64,000 nucleotides of DNA. Origin: Chrysomallon squamiferum. Lineage: Eukaryota; Animalia; Mollusca. The DNA is taken from assembly GCA_012295275.1 (NCBI GenBank), contig CM022668.1, forward strand, positions 8,246,001 through 8,310,000, in the 5' to 3' direction. Numbering within the stretch: position 1 is the first letter of the stretch; each line of letters starts with the position of its first letter. Shown here one piece after another: positions 1 through 14,102 of the stretch. Made by a program: the position numbers and the translations under genes. The notes under the pieces are model-generated. The model worked only from the letters and a program-made list of their open reading frames with translations, was not told where the DNA came from and did no database searches.

Positions 1-2878
1 TCCAGGTATTATTAAGGTATTCTTTCAAGCTTCACCCAGATTCTTGCTCAGTGTTAAAGTCTATATAAATGTCTAATATATTTGCATAAGCTCTGGTATT
101 TTGTTAAGCTTCTGCAACCTTGTGTAATACTACAGCTCTTATACACAATGTCCAGTATACCTGTAGACACATTCTTTGATGTTTTAATGACACAGAATAA
201 CCACTTATATTCAGCACTGTTCTGTACTAGTGTACTCCAGAATGTAGATCAATAACCACTGAAAGTAACTCAGCCAGAAAGTAACACACATTAACACAAT
301 ACACAACCAGTGCTGATATCCAAACCAGGAAACCAGAAACAAAAATCAATGCAGGTAGCACTTTCCTCTCAACATGATTGTTGTTTTTTTATTCCCTTTT
401 TGCATTACTTATTTGTTTTTCCTCTTTGTTTTTGTTTATTTAATTTTTTAATTACTTTTTCTTTCTTATTTGGAATCAGTACATTTAAGATTTTGATTTG
501 CTTTTCAATATATTTTTATTCCATTTTTAAATTTATTTTAAAACTGTTTATCTTTTCTTGTTTTTGGCTTCTTCTTAGATCAGTAGTGATGTACAACCAT
601 TTGCATATGATCACCACCATCATTTCACATCATCTAAAACTAAATCATATATGTACACTAGATTTACTAGTAAGCAATAGACCAAATATATATTTACATC
701 CAACACTTTAAAAAAAAAAAATGAATAGCCGAAAAGTACAATCCAATAAATTTGAACAAGAAATATTTTTCATATCCTCAAGCAAGTCAAAACATCAATC
801 TGCACATCTCTTCAGTTGGTATTTTCAGTGAAACACCTTCTCAGGGTCATGGAAGCATTCAGAAAGATAACCACTTGACTGATGTAAGTGACAAATAGAT
901 CACGGGGCTCATTTATGTTAGACACTGGTGATATTCGGCTGCACCTGTTTTCTTTTCAACACCCTTTACATGACCAAATACAACAAGGTAAGATGTGTGA
1001 CCAAGTTATTTAACTGTTTATTAGAAGCACGCTCCAGTTATCACTGATGCATTCATGGGCAGTGAGGCGAAACCTGCTTCATGCAGTGACCATACAGATT
1101 CATTTATAATGAGAGTGCAATTCTTTTGAGTACAGGATGTATACTTGTATTGTAAGAAAACATGTTAAAAAACAACTGAGTTTTTTTAACTGAGAATTTA
1201 TTAGATATCTTTACTTATTTATCTTTTTTTTACATAATAAAAGATTAAATATTAGATAAACTTTAAAATTTACTAGATATCTTTACTTATTAACCTTTTT
1301 CAAAGACTGAATATTGAGTGAATTTTAAAATTACAAATTTATGAGACATCATTACTTATTTATCTACTTTTCTTATTCAAAGACCAAGTTTTAAGCAAAT
1401 TTTAAAATTTAGAATTTAACTTGATAATTTTATTAAATTATCTGTTTCTACTTATTCAAAGACTAAGTATTAAGTGAATTCTAAAATTAAAATTTTACTA
1501 AATATCTATCCTTATTTACCTCTTTTCACTTATTCAAAGATAATTTTAAAACTAACAATTTACTATTTATACATTCACCTTTTCACTTAATGAAAACTAT
1601 CCACATACAAAATGCGATCTTTTACATTACTTATTTAAACATACTGTATAGTCTGACAGATCAAATGAACTGTTTGGAATAGGAAACAAGATGAATTATG
1701 AACTGCTATGATGTCATAAATCATTATATCTGACCTAATAAGAACATTTTTAGAACTGAGCTGTAGTCTGCTTCCTTAAACAATAATGAAATCCTATAAT
1801 GATTTCTTTATGATAAACTAAATTACTGTTTTCATCAGTGGATATTTTACAGCATTCATAAAATGGGATATTTGTACTTACTATTCTTATTCAGTTATTG
1901 TTTACATTTCTTTGTCTTTAATTTAAAGTTGTTTGTTGTTTTTTTTTTTTAATATTATTATTATTTCTTCTTTTTTTTTTTGTATGTATTTTTTGCTGCT
2001 TTTTTTATTTTTCATTTGTGGGGGTTTGTCTCTTTTCTTTCTTTCTTGTTTTTTTTTGTATTTCTTTTGTGGGTTATAAGTGTTGTGAAAACCCCCGCAA
2101 AAAGCCTAACAACACCTGTATGACAGAATTTCAACAGGTTCAGCAAGAACATTTTACATATTCATTTGTTCATATTACCAAGATTTTTATTTATGTATTC
2201 ATTTTTGTATATTTTAATACACACTTAGGAGATGGAATTTTTACACCCTGAAAGGAATGTCTAGACAGTTCAAAACATACTCCCACAAGCAATTTCACAC
2301 ATCTTGTCAAGTAAAATAAACACATTAAATGTACGCAAGTGAACCGTCTCAAATGTTATGAACCCAATACCTCAACAATGAAATATGCAGGTGCAACAAA
2401 ACAAACGTAATTTGTTTTTTTATTGTTATTATTAAATTTAATATAATTTCAAATTAGAGTTTAAATTTCTTCAAGAGAGTGTTTATCATATACTAATGAG
2501 TTAAACATATTGTGCATACTTAATGTTTTTTTTTTTTTTTTTATTATTTTTAATTATAATATTATTATTATTTTTTTTTTTTTTACTGGAATCAAATCTT
2601 TGCTAAAATTCTAATATTTACTGTTAATCGAATTATTTAAAAGTATTTCTATGAACATTTCATTAAACCAATCATTAAAAAGTTGGAAGAAACACAAAAT
2701 ATATCTAGCCTTTATCTGCACATTTTAACAAAAATACAAAACAAAACCCCAAACTGTCCGCTGAAGTATATCAGATACATTTGAACATGAAACAACCAAG
2801 ACACAGAAAATATATTTTGTCTTTTTGTTGCACAAGTGACATACAGACATAGGAAAACAAAAAGATAACCAATCTCTT

Positions 2879-2926
<48 letters not shown>

Positions 2927-3319
2927 CAGTATATTACAGAATATTACAAAATGTTTATATACATTGTTTGTATCATAAAAAATTGATTTTAACATGAACT
3001 GAAAAATAGTAGTAATATTAAGAAAATAAACCTGTCACTGGAAGCTTATAAAATGTACAAATGTACTTAACTGACATGTGAGTATATCAAAAGAATATTT
3101 TAATATCCATTATTAGTTTAATCAATATTTTTAAAATACTGATTAGAAATATGTTTAATTATTAATTAAAATAAAAATACTTTTAACTATTAAATGAATA
3201 GAAAGATATAGTGTTTAATTTTCAGTTAAAATAGAAATAAATATCTTGTAATTCTTAATTAAAATATACCTTTTAACTATTACTTAAATCAGAAATAGAT
3301 ATTATATAATTCTTATCAG

Positions 3320-3670
3320 TTAAAATAGAAATAAATACTTTGCAATTCTTAATTAAAATAGAAATAAATACTTTGCAATTCTTAATTAAAATGTTACTTC
3401 CAATAGAAATATCTCTTAATTCTCAATTGAATAGATATTATATAATTCTTATCAATTAAAATTGAAATAAATACTTTGCAATTCTTAATTAAAATAGAAA
3501 TAAATACTTTGCAATTCTTAATTAAAATAGAAATAAATACTTTGCAATTCGCAATTCTTAATTAAAATAGAAATAAATACTTTGCAATTCTTAATTAAAA
3601 TAGAAATAAATACTTTGCAATTCTTAATTAAAATAGAAATAAATACTTTGCAATTCTTAATTAAAATGTT
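3320..3670. repeat. 33-bp intronic minisatellite (ttaaaatagaaataaatactttgcaattcttaa)
   Basis: Near-identical tandem copies, with degenerate copies on the flanks. Confidence 0.85.
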
Positions 3671-3801
3671 ACTTCCAATAGAAATATCTCTTAATTCTCA
3701 GTTAAACCCTCCCTTTTAACTATTAATTAACATAGAAATAAATACCTATTTATAAGTCTTAATTCAAATATACTTTTAACAATACATTATAAAGGACTTA
3801 C

Positions 3802-3971
3802 CTCAACTGTTCTAGCAGGGTCCCGCCCTCTCCTACAGTATTATATGCAGCTTCTATAGTTGTCTCCCTTTGTTGATTGAACTGAGCCAGTAACTGTTCA
3901 GCCCCTTCAACACTGTCAGCAATCTCAGAACTCTGTAATTCCTGTTGTAGTTCCTCTAGCCATGATGTCAG
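3802..3971 (-). CDS. TRIO: Trio spectrin-repeat exon (LTSWLEELQQEL...GTLLEQLR), last exon found in the window
   Basis: 170 nt, tttcag / gtaagt, phase 0-2. Confidence 0.9.
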
Positions 3972-6900
3972 CTGAAAGTTATAATATCAGTTTTTATTGT
4001 TTTTAGTAACAAAACCAGTATCAGCTATGCATGAAATGCATTTTATTAAATATTTTTTATAATAAAAGCAGCATAAACAAAATGTATTTTTTTTAACATT
4101 TTGTGTTTGTTTTGTTGTTTCTTTTTTTGTAACAAATGCAGTAGGTGACATAGACATAATGTATTTTATTAAATTTTTTTTTTTTTTTTTAATAATAAAG
4201 CACTAGATGTCATGACATAATGAATATTTTTTATTATATATATAACATTTCCTGATATGTGAAACTTCATATTTCCTTGTAATAAAATTTTCATTTTCTT
4301 ACTAATTACTGAGAATTATAAGAAGTGATTTAATTTCCTGGTGTAAAAGCACACACATTATTTGAAAATAATTATAACTTCAATAATATATAAATACCTC
4401 ATGCACATGTGTGTAGAATGAAACAGTCATGTCAAGTACTGCTCTTCGCCGTTCCAGAGAGGCTAGGAAGTTGTGCATTCTCTGCTGCAGGTCATGAGCC
4501 TCGTTATAGATCTCCTTCGGGTCACACTCTCCTGTCTGCGCCAGTTCATCAGCGGCTGCCAGCAGCTTCTCCGCGTTTGTTATTGTATTCTAAAAACAAA
4601 CACAATTTGTAATAGTTTCATTTGTTATTGTATTCTAAAAACAAACACAATTTGTAATAGTTTCATTTGTTATTGTGTTCTAAAAACAAACACAATTTGT
4701 AATAGTTTCGTTTGTTATTGTGTTCTAAAAACAAACAGAATTTGTAATAGTTTCATTTGTTATTGTATTCTAAAAACAAACAGAATTTGTAATAGTTTCA
4801 TTTGTTATTGTGTTCCAAAAACAAACAGAATTTATAATAGTTTCATTTGTTATTGTTTTAAAAACAAAATAATTTGAAAAAGTTTCATTTGTTATTGTTC
4901 TAAAAACAAAATAATTTGAAATAGTTTCTTATTTATTGTTCTAAAAATAATTTAAAATAGTTAAAACAAAATAGAATTTTTCGTTTTTTTCATTTGTTAT
5001 TGTACTCTAAACACAAAAAGAATTAGTAGTTATTTAAAATAAAAACTTAAGAAAAAAAAATAAAAAAGATTTTAAAAATTAAGTTACTGCACATAAAACA
5101 AACCACTCCAGGTTTTGCTATCCTATAGGATTTATTTTGAAGGATATTATGTGGGTGATATTTGATTAAAATTAAAATTAATATAATACTTTGTTATCTA
5201 AAATTAATATAATATTATATGGGTGACTTTTTATCTAAAATAAAATATACAATGTAATACTATGTATCTAACATTAAACATGCAGTATAATACTTTGTAT
5301 GTAAAATAAAATATCAATATAATACTATGTATCTAAAATAATATATACAATATAATACTATGTATCTAAAATAAAATGTACAATATAATACTATGTATCT
5401 AAAATAATATATACAATGTAATACTATGTATCTAAAATAAAACATGCAATATAATACTATGTATCTAAGAAATATATCTATGTGACTAAAATAATAATCT
5501 CTGAATATATAAATTACATTTTGGCTAGTTGGTTAATAAAATGATGTTTCAATGATATTATTACTGTTTACTAACCTGGGCCACTGACTCAAAATGTTCA
5601 TGACTCTTGTGTAAAGCTTTGGCTCTCTGTAACGTCTTGCCAATAGAAATATTCTTAAGCAGAAACACATCACCATGGCTGTCCAGCCAGTCAATCACCT
5701 TAAACAAAACAGTAAGTAAACAATGAGTAAATGTTGTTACAACTTATCAATCCAATATATTCTAAGTCCATATTTAGATGAATCTGCTTAGAGATTAAAT
5801 TACTGTCTAATGTACCACAAGTTCACTTTAAAGAAAGAAAAAAATACTGATAAATATATGATAAATACTCTTTCTGTCTGAGATATGTTCAGTGTTTTTA
5901 ATAAGTAATTGTTCTATTCTGCCACATGTTGTTAATTGTCACTTGAAATATACAAAATGTATCTTCAGCTATTGTTTCAATCTACCTCAAGTATTCATTA
6001 AAGAAAAAAACAAACATGTACCTGTTTGACATCCTGCTGGAAAAGTCGAAGTCCAAGTCTCTGGTGAAGTTTGACTTTCTTGGCATGCCAGATCTGTTCC
6101 AGGTGGCGCTGATGAGCCAGTACCTCGTGCACCACATCGAGAACATGGCCGGCAGCTTCAGAATAGTCTGCCTTGGCAGTAAGAGAGTTACTGCTTCCAG
6201 ATGACACTGGTGTCTGCAGTGTGTCCAGCAGAGACTTGCCATCTCCACACACCTGGTCAAACCATTCAGTGAAAGTATTATCAGTACATTATAACTTAAT
6301 GATTACCCTTTTTAATGGAAGTAAAGCCAAAATGTAACAAAATAGTGTAAATACTGTAATAGTTTTGTCAGTTTTTCCAGAAACAGTTTATGTACAGTAA
6401 ACTCTCTCTTATACAACCCTTTAGCAATTTTATTAACTGCAGTTTCTGACTGCAAAGTGGCTGCTGCAGACAGATAGATCCTTCACAAAATCCTAGTCTA
6501 GAGCCACATTAGCTGGGTTTTACGTCTCTTTTTATCACAAAGTTAATGTATGTCACTGTATTATTTGATCAACAAGCACATCAGTATATTATTTTGATAA
6601 GATTCAGCTTTATGTTTTATTATTGATAATAATCATCTTTGTCTTTCAGGAATTTTGCTAACATCTTCAACAGGACATGGAATCATTTACAATAATGAAG
6701 CTGATGAAACTGGTTTAATAAATGTCTAAAACACTCACCTCGGCATATGACTGGCTGATAGCTTCAATAAGATTCTGATGTTGTTGTAAAGCTTCTTCTA
6801 GTTCATCAATTTGAGATGGTACTTTGGTATTTTCACACACACTCTGCCAGGCTAAAACCTGAGCCAAATACTGAAACACAAATATAATAATAAAATAATA

Positions 6901-9900
6901 ATTTATAAGTGTTAAACCATGGTTTATTAAATCCTGAACAAAACTGAAATTATATCCTCAAATAAATCAATTGAGAAAATAAATAAAAAAATGAAAAAGT
7001 CTGATTTATTATTTTTATTATTTATTATTCTGAGACGAATCTTAAGACAAAAGTACAAAAAACGAATATGCTAATAGAGATAAAAACTTAAAAATAAACA
7101 ACAATTCAATTAATTAAAAACTATATCATCAGTCAAGTTTTAAAATAAAAACCATACTAATTCTGTTTTTTTAATTAAACAGTTAAGCAAATAAATATGA
7201 ACACATCAATCACTGGTATAAATATAAAACAAACATAGTCCTCCTTTCTTGTGAAACATAAATATGCTGGTTTGACTAATCATTATATATAAATGTAAGT
7301 TTAACTATGAATGACACACCTGTTCTGCTTTCTTGTGAAACATAAATATGCTGGTTTGACTAATCATTATATATAAATGTAAGTTTAAATATGAATGACA
7401 CACCTGTCCTCCTTTCTTGTGAAACATAAATATGCTAGTTTGACTAATCATTATATATAAATGTAAGTTTAACTATGAATGACACACCTGTTCTGCTTTC
7501 TTGTGAAACATCACAGACATTCGTAAGACAGTGCTCCTGTCGTCAAGAGCTGCAGCCAGACTCTTCCACTCTCTCTCAAGTTTGCCAGCCTGTATTCTGA
7601 TAGTGTTAGAGGCGTAGTGGCCCGCATCACACAACCTCTGAGCCATCCCAAGGATCCGAGTTATATTTACATAAACATTCTAGAAAAAAAAAAACAGCAA
7701 ATGCTTATAAATAAATACCAATGTTTAAATTTAAAGTTAAAAATAGTAAGTATGTTTTGAAATTATTTTAATTTCATTTAATAATGTTTATATGATACAA
7801 AATTAGTGAACTTAAATCATTTACTGAAACAATACATTAATAAAGTCAGAACATTAAATTATTTATAACAGCAAAGTATAGTAGTTGTTGTAATTGTTAC
7901 AGCAGTAAGTGTTTTAATAGTTGTTGCAGTAACTGTAATACAGTGATTGTGGTAATAGTAGTAGTAGTAGTTCAGCAGTTGCAGTGTAATTGGTAATAGC
8001 AGTGGTGCTGGTAGTGACAAAATAATATATACAGTATTAAATAAATAAATAAATAAATTAAGAGAGAAATAAATACTCACCACAGCACTAGTAGCAAACT
8101 GACTATGTTCATTTTCTAGCTCTACAGCAAACTGATGAGTGGTTCCCACCTCTGTGTAGTTGACAAGAAACAAATCTCGATTGTGACTAATCCAATCAAA
8201 CATCTGAAATTAATAACACAGATAAAATATTATAAAATTTTACTTATTTAAGTATTTAAAATGAAAGAAATTGTATGTCTGAAAAGCATTCATGAACAAA
8301 TGATAAAATTGATAAAAGGCAGCTAAAATTATTTTAAAATGATCATTATTTCAAAATCAAAAATAATTATCTTAAAACTCAGTGATTATTTAGTCTTTTC
8401 AATTCTCTAGTGACTACAGCTAGAACACAATGATGTAGTATATAAACTACAAAAATATTTTATATGAACAATTATCTTAAAATAAGTGACAAAATGAATT
8501 AGAATCAAAACCCAAACAGGTCTGATGCTATTGAAATGACCATCTCCTCAGTCACTGCCCAAACTATTATGATTAAAATGGATAAAAGGAAATATTTTAT
8601 TTTTATAATAATAATATATAATCATATAAAGATTTAGTGCATAAAATGTTCTAAAACAATCAACACAAATTAACAACTATTGAGAAACATAAATAAATGA
8701 CAACCAAGACTCCAAAATACACTGTCAAATAAATACCAAAATGAACAATAACTAAATTTAAAAAATTATTATTCTTCCCATCCTTGAAAATAAACATTTA
8801 GAATTAGATACAAACTTTTTCAACATCTTCCTCAAAAATGCGAAGCTGCAGACACTGCTCCAGCCTCATCTTCTTCACCGACCACAGCTGATTGAGATGT
8901 TGTTTGGTTGAGTGCAGATTGTCCAGCAATTGTGATATCTGGGGGACAGCACTCTGGAAATCTGCATTTCCTGATATCATGTATCGACCAGAACCTTTTA
9001 TTTTAATACATAACAATATCAGTTTGGGTTTTTCTGTATATGCCAACAGTTTTGTTCAGATGAAGTTTGTATGAGTATACATATAAATGCATAATTAATG
9101 TGTGCAAATGTGTATATATTTCAATAAATATATAATAAAAGAAAACTAATAGACAAATATAAATAAATAGCAGAAGATAAACACATAATTTAAAACAATT
9201 TTTTGAACTATCAAGCTATGTCTGGATTTGTAACACTTTTGCTATCTGGAAACTTCTACCACAAAACCCATATGCAAAATTATTAACAAACAAATAGAAA
9301 AAATATACTTTATCTTATCTAAATCTGAAAATTTTCCAAATAAAACTCACCAGACTGACCATCTGATTCTCCCGTTATTCGTCTCAGTATCTGCTGCCCT
9401 TCTGCTGCCAGACTCTCTACGGGTGCCATGGTTACTCGTTTCTTTAAGTGACTATGCTCCTCTAGAACAAGCTGGGCACCATTCAGATCATCAGGTAATT
9501 CTGGGTTTGTCAGAATTTCACCTAACTCGTCTAGCTTGTCTAGAAGATCTAAAGCTTTCCATATAAATTCTTCCAGCATCTGAAACACATTGAAGTTGTT
9601 TAGTAACCAAAGTTAACATAAAATACTAACATAATTAAGCAGCTCTGAAGAGATTAAATGTGTAGAATTTAGTCTGGCTGGTACATATTTATATAATAAA
9701 AGTTTAAGTGAAATACAAATATAATTATACAGCTCTGAACAGACTACTTTTCAAACAAATTGAGATAGTGTCTAACAAGGTAGGTACAAAACAGCTATTT
9801 CCTTGTTTCTTGGAAAAACAACTCTGTACTCATGTTGTCAATGCACTACATTATTAATTTGGGAAAAAATATAGATTTATATTTCAGTGCTCTTACAACC

Positions 9901-12872
9901 ATATTAAAAATAGTTTCTATATAACAAAATATATTTGACTTGGGTTCCAGTGACTGGAGAAAGAACTAACAAAAAATATTTAAGCATAAATGAAAATTTT
10001 TAAACCTATTGTAATCATGTTCATAAAAACAGATTAAAATGAATGAATGAAGGAAGAAACAAACAAATATATCATCCTACCAGTCTCAGTTGTATCCATT
10101 GTTCATGGTCATATTCCAGAGTCCCGTCAAATTCTCGAGTTAACTGAGTTGGTTCGACAGCCTTCGATAAACTGTCTACTGAGATCATACAGGTCTGTAG
10201 ACAAAATAAAATATTTACTCACACAGTATTACAATTTCTTTTATGTTCTAAATCATATCCCTTCATTTAATTTCTTAAATATACAAAAAATGATATTACA
10301 AATAGAAAACAAGCTTTAATTCATATATATATAAACTGACAAATTTTATAAACTGAATAAAATATAGCTATCTGTATTTTTTCTCATTTTTTAAAAATGT
10401 ATTGACTGTTAAAGTGTGAAAGTAAAATGTAATTACGAAAATATTGGGAAAAATTATGAAAAAAACCCACACTTTTATATAGAATAATAAAAATAAATAA
10501 TAGTAATAAAAATAAACAAACAAAATCTTAAGATAATAATTATACTCTGGGAAATAATCTGAAAAATAATTTGTTATGCAGATTCAAAGATTAAAATAAA
10601 ATGTAATTATTGGTAAATCTGGAACTAACACTAATCAGATTATAATTATTAAAAATATTTCATTGTTATCTTACTTCAAAATTATATTTGGCACTTCCCA
10701 CACTCGTCCTCTTCTTCTCCCAGAATTTTTCTGGTTTTATGATATATGCAACATGAATATTTCCAGGAAAACATTCCTAAAAACAAATCAATAAAGGTTA
10801 ATTAGGTAAAAACGAATAAAAAATTAAAAATGTTAAAAGTAATAAAAACAAATTAGTGATACAAGTAGTTCATCCTTTTTACAAAAATAGATGATAATCT
10901 TTTTTTTTAAACTATTGATAAGTAAAGAAATGCTTCATCATGTAGTTGTCAGTACTGTTGTGGACTGGAACAAATAATGTAAATGTATTTTGCCAGTCAC
11001 TAGCCAATGAACCTTTATTTTATAATAAAACACAACAACATCCTAATAAACCTAAAGAAATACATAGAGGATATACATATTTTCTAGTTTCAAAATGTTA
11101 TTATCTGTATATATATATGGTTGTCTGTGTGAAAGAAAACTGGCAGAATAAATCAATGTAAAACTGATATACTTATTTTATTATGAATTATTTATTTTTA
11201 AATAAAATGATACCACAAAACAAAGATAATGTCATTGATAGCTTCACACAGGTTTTTGTTTGTTGTATAATATGTTAAATATAACAATCACTCTGAAGGA
11301 TAAAAATATATTAATATATTATTCGTTGGGTTTTTTAATATCACTGGTATATTTTAACAAGAAATAAATTTAAATATCTCATGTACATCTACAAAATATA
11401 TTTAGCTTTTTGTAAATCTACCAATCTACCAAAGGCATAGTTTAAGATATCTTGTAAAGAGTAGGAAAGGTTCTAGTGCTACTAATTATATAGAATAGTA
11501 GCCATAAACAAAAATAAAAATAAATAGAATTTGTATTTTAGTATCAGTAATTGATCAATGCTAAAAAATGAATAATTACTTAATGCTGTTAATATATGAA
11601 TTTTAATTAGCAGCTGTTAAAGTATTAAATGATTTAAACAATTACTTTATTTATTTTTCTTAACAAGTAAAATGCAAAATCACTTTAGAAGTAGTACCAG
11701 AAACTACATAATCAGATTAAGCTATGCTTTATCACTGTAATCTATCTGAGTAAAAGACACGAACAGAGAAACACATCATTTTCTCTTTCTCAGATCAACA
11801 AATCAGATAACAATTGAAAAAACAAATACCTTGCTGTAATCACCTACAATCTTTCAAGAAACTATTAATTTTCTTTTTGTTTTCAAACATTTTTCTAAAG
11901 AATAAGCAAGTCATGAACTTAATAAATATATCAAGTGTAAATAAACAACATTTATCTAAACAAAGTGAAAACTTTGGTATGAGTGCATGACAAACAATAA
12001 TCAATCAATTTAGACAAACTGAATTTAATTTATAGTTACAGATTTTATATAAGGAATAACATGGTATTATTCAAATGTGTAATTTTAAGAAGAAATTTTT
12101 CTCCTTTTTGTACCAGATTTTTTATTAGTACATATCTTTAAGATCTGGATTCTGAACTAATAAATTTTCATATAATTTATTAGTGTAACATGTTTTACTT
12201 TAGTAAAATGTAAGGATTCTATTCTAAAATGACATATTCTAAAAAATGACACACATACTCACATTCAAACACACTCACCCAAACATGCCCATACTCTCTC
12301 TCTGTAATAAACATACACACATACACATAATCAAGATATTCTGGTAACCTGAGACCTTTCATTAATTATTTTCTATATTAAACTACACAAAACAGGAATA
12401 TCTGCAACATAATCTGCTGTAAATCTGTTCCATTTTTAACTTCATTTAATCTATAAGAACTGGTTTCATATTATAATTACTTGAAAGAAGAACAATTCCA
12501 AGCTTAAGAAATCAACATCAGATTAAAGTTACTTGAAATATGAGTCTGACAACAGGTATTAATGTCGCACTCACTTGTAAAGCTTTAAGAATTGGTTTTA
12601 CAGTTTGCCATGTTGATCCTCGCATATCCAATATCACAGAAAAGCCTTTGTCACGGACTTCGTCACTGAAAAAAAAAAAATTGTACAATAACACTAATTA
12701 AGTAAGTAATAATACTAAAATATTCTCAAACTGCAACATGTATACAAATTTAATATCAATATCTTGATGAAGCTCCATGTTTTTGTGTTTTCACTTGATC
12801 ATACGTCAGTCAAAGAAATAGCTGTTTTTGTGTGTTATCTTTAAGCTGAAGTGTGCAAGTTGTGTGTGTGTG

Positions 12873-12971
<99 letters not shown>

Positions 12972-14060
12972 AATACCTAGGTACACTGGCTAGGTATGTC
13001 ATGAGGACCGGAGATCCTCATATTTAAATCTCTCAGGATGGGTGTGAGCAGGAAATGTCAGAATTGGTCCTCCCTTCTTGTCCCTCCCTCCTGAAATAAA
13101 CAATATCACATCTCAATTAATTATAAATAACAAATAGTTAAAAAATATGGAGTCTGATGTCTAATCAAAATGGTTTTAACTTGTATTACAATAATATTAC
13201 CATTTTCAGATTTTGATTAAACATTGGTTTTGTACTTCTAGCTCCATTTTTAAACCATGTAGATCAACATTTAAAAAAAAATGCAGCTTGAAATCCAATG
13301 TCTAATCAAAATGATGACAGTTTTTGTAATACTAATAATATAACAGGAAATCTATATGGCATTAATTTGTTACTGTTATAAGCAAGAGGTCATTTTTTTT
13401 TCCCCAGGCATACAAATGCACAGATAATCTTTAATACAGTAATCATTAGGTATTAATGAAGTGTAAAGTTATCTAACACCTTAAGGAGAATTGAACCTGC
13501 AGTCTGTCAATCCCCAGTTAAATTACTTTACCATTCATCATTAGCCAATTTTGCCAACATACTAACAAACAACAGCAAAACACATAAATAAGTTCTTTAA
13601 ATTATGCATTAACCATCTTTGGTCTAATCTCATCTTTTGCAACAATATTACTGTACAAATGATTAAGTGTATTGTCAAATGTATAGTGTATCTTTTACAG
13701 TGCTGAAAAGAATATAAAATCAATACCATAAACTTGAATTATCATTCTTACATAGAGATTTACATTTTTCATATGTGACTGTAATCTTATCTCAGCATAT
13801 ATTTTTATTATAATTTCTAAGTGGATCTGTTTTCAATATTGATTTATCTTGGGTTTTTTTTTCTTTTTGAATCATTGACTTTTTCTCTTTTTTTAAATGA
13901 TTAATTATTTTATTTATTTACCTTAAATCACATTTTTATTAAATTTTACACTAAATTCATGAGTAATGCATTTAAACTGTGCAACTTATTACATTAGTAT
14001 CTACGAAAAAAAAAACAATAATAATAATAATTAAAAAAAATAAATAAAAAAAACAACAAC

Positions 14061-14102
<42 letters not shown>

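Noticed and set aside
1-3800. Further Trio exons in the first 3.8 kb
   Set aside because: No phase-2-starting spectrin-like exon found; probably a long intron (1-300 might be alternative UTR sequence but I cannot support that).
4473-4877. 134-aa plus-strand Cys-rich repeat ORF (CYCILKTNTICNSFI)n
   Set aside because: Antisense reading of a Trio exon plus the 45-bp minisatellite; no independent gene signals.
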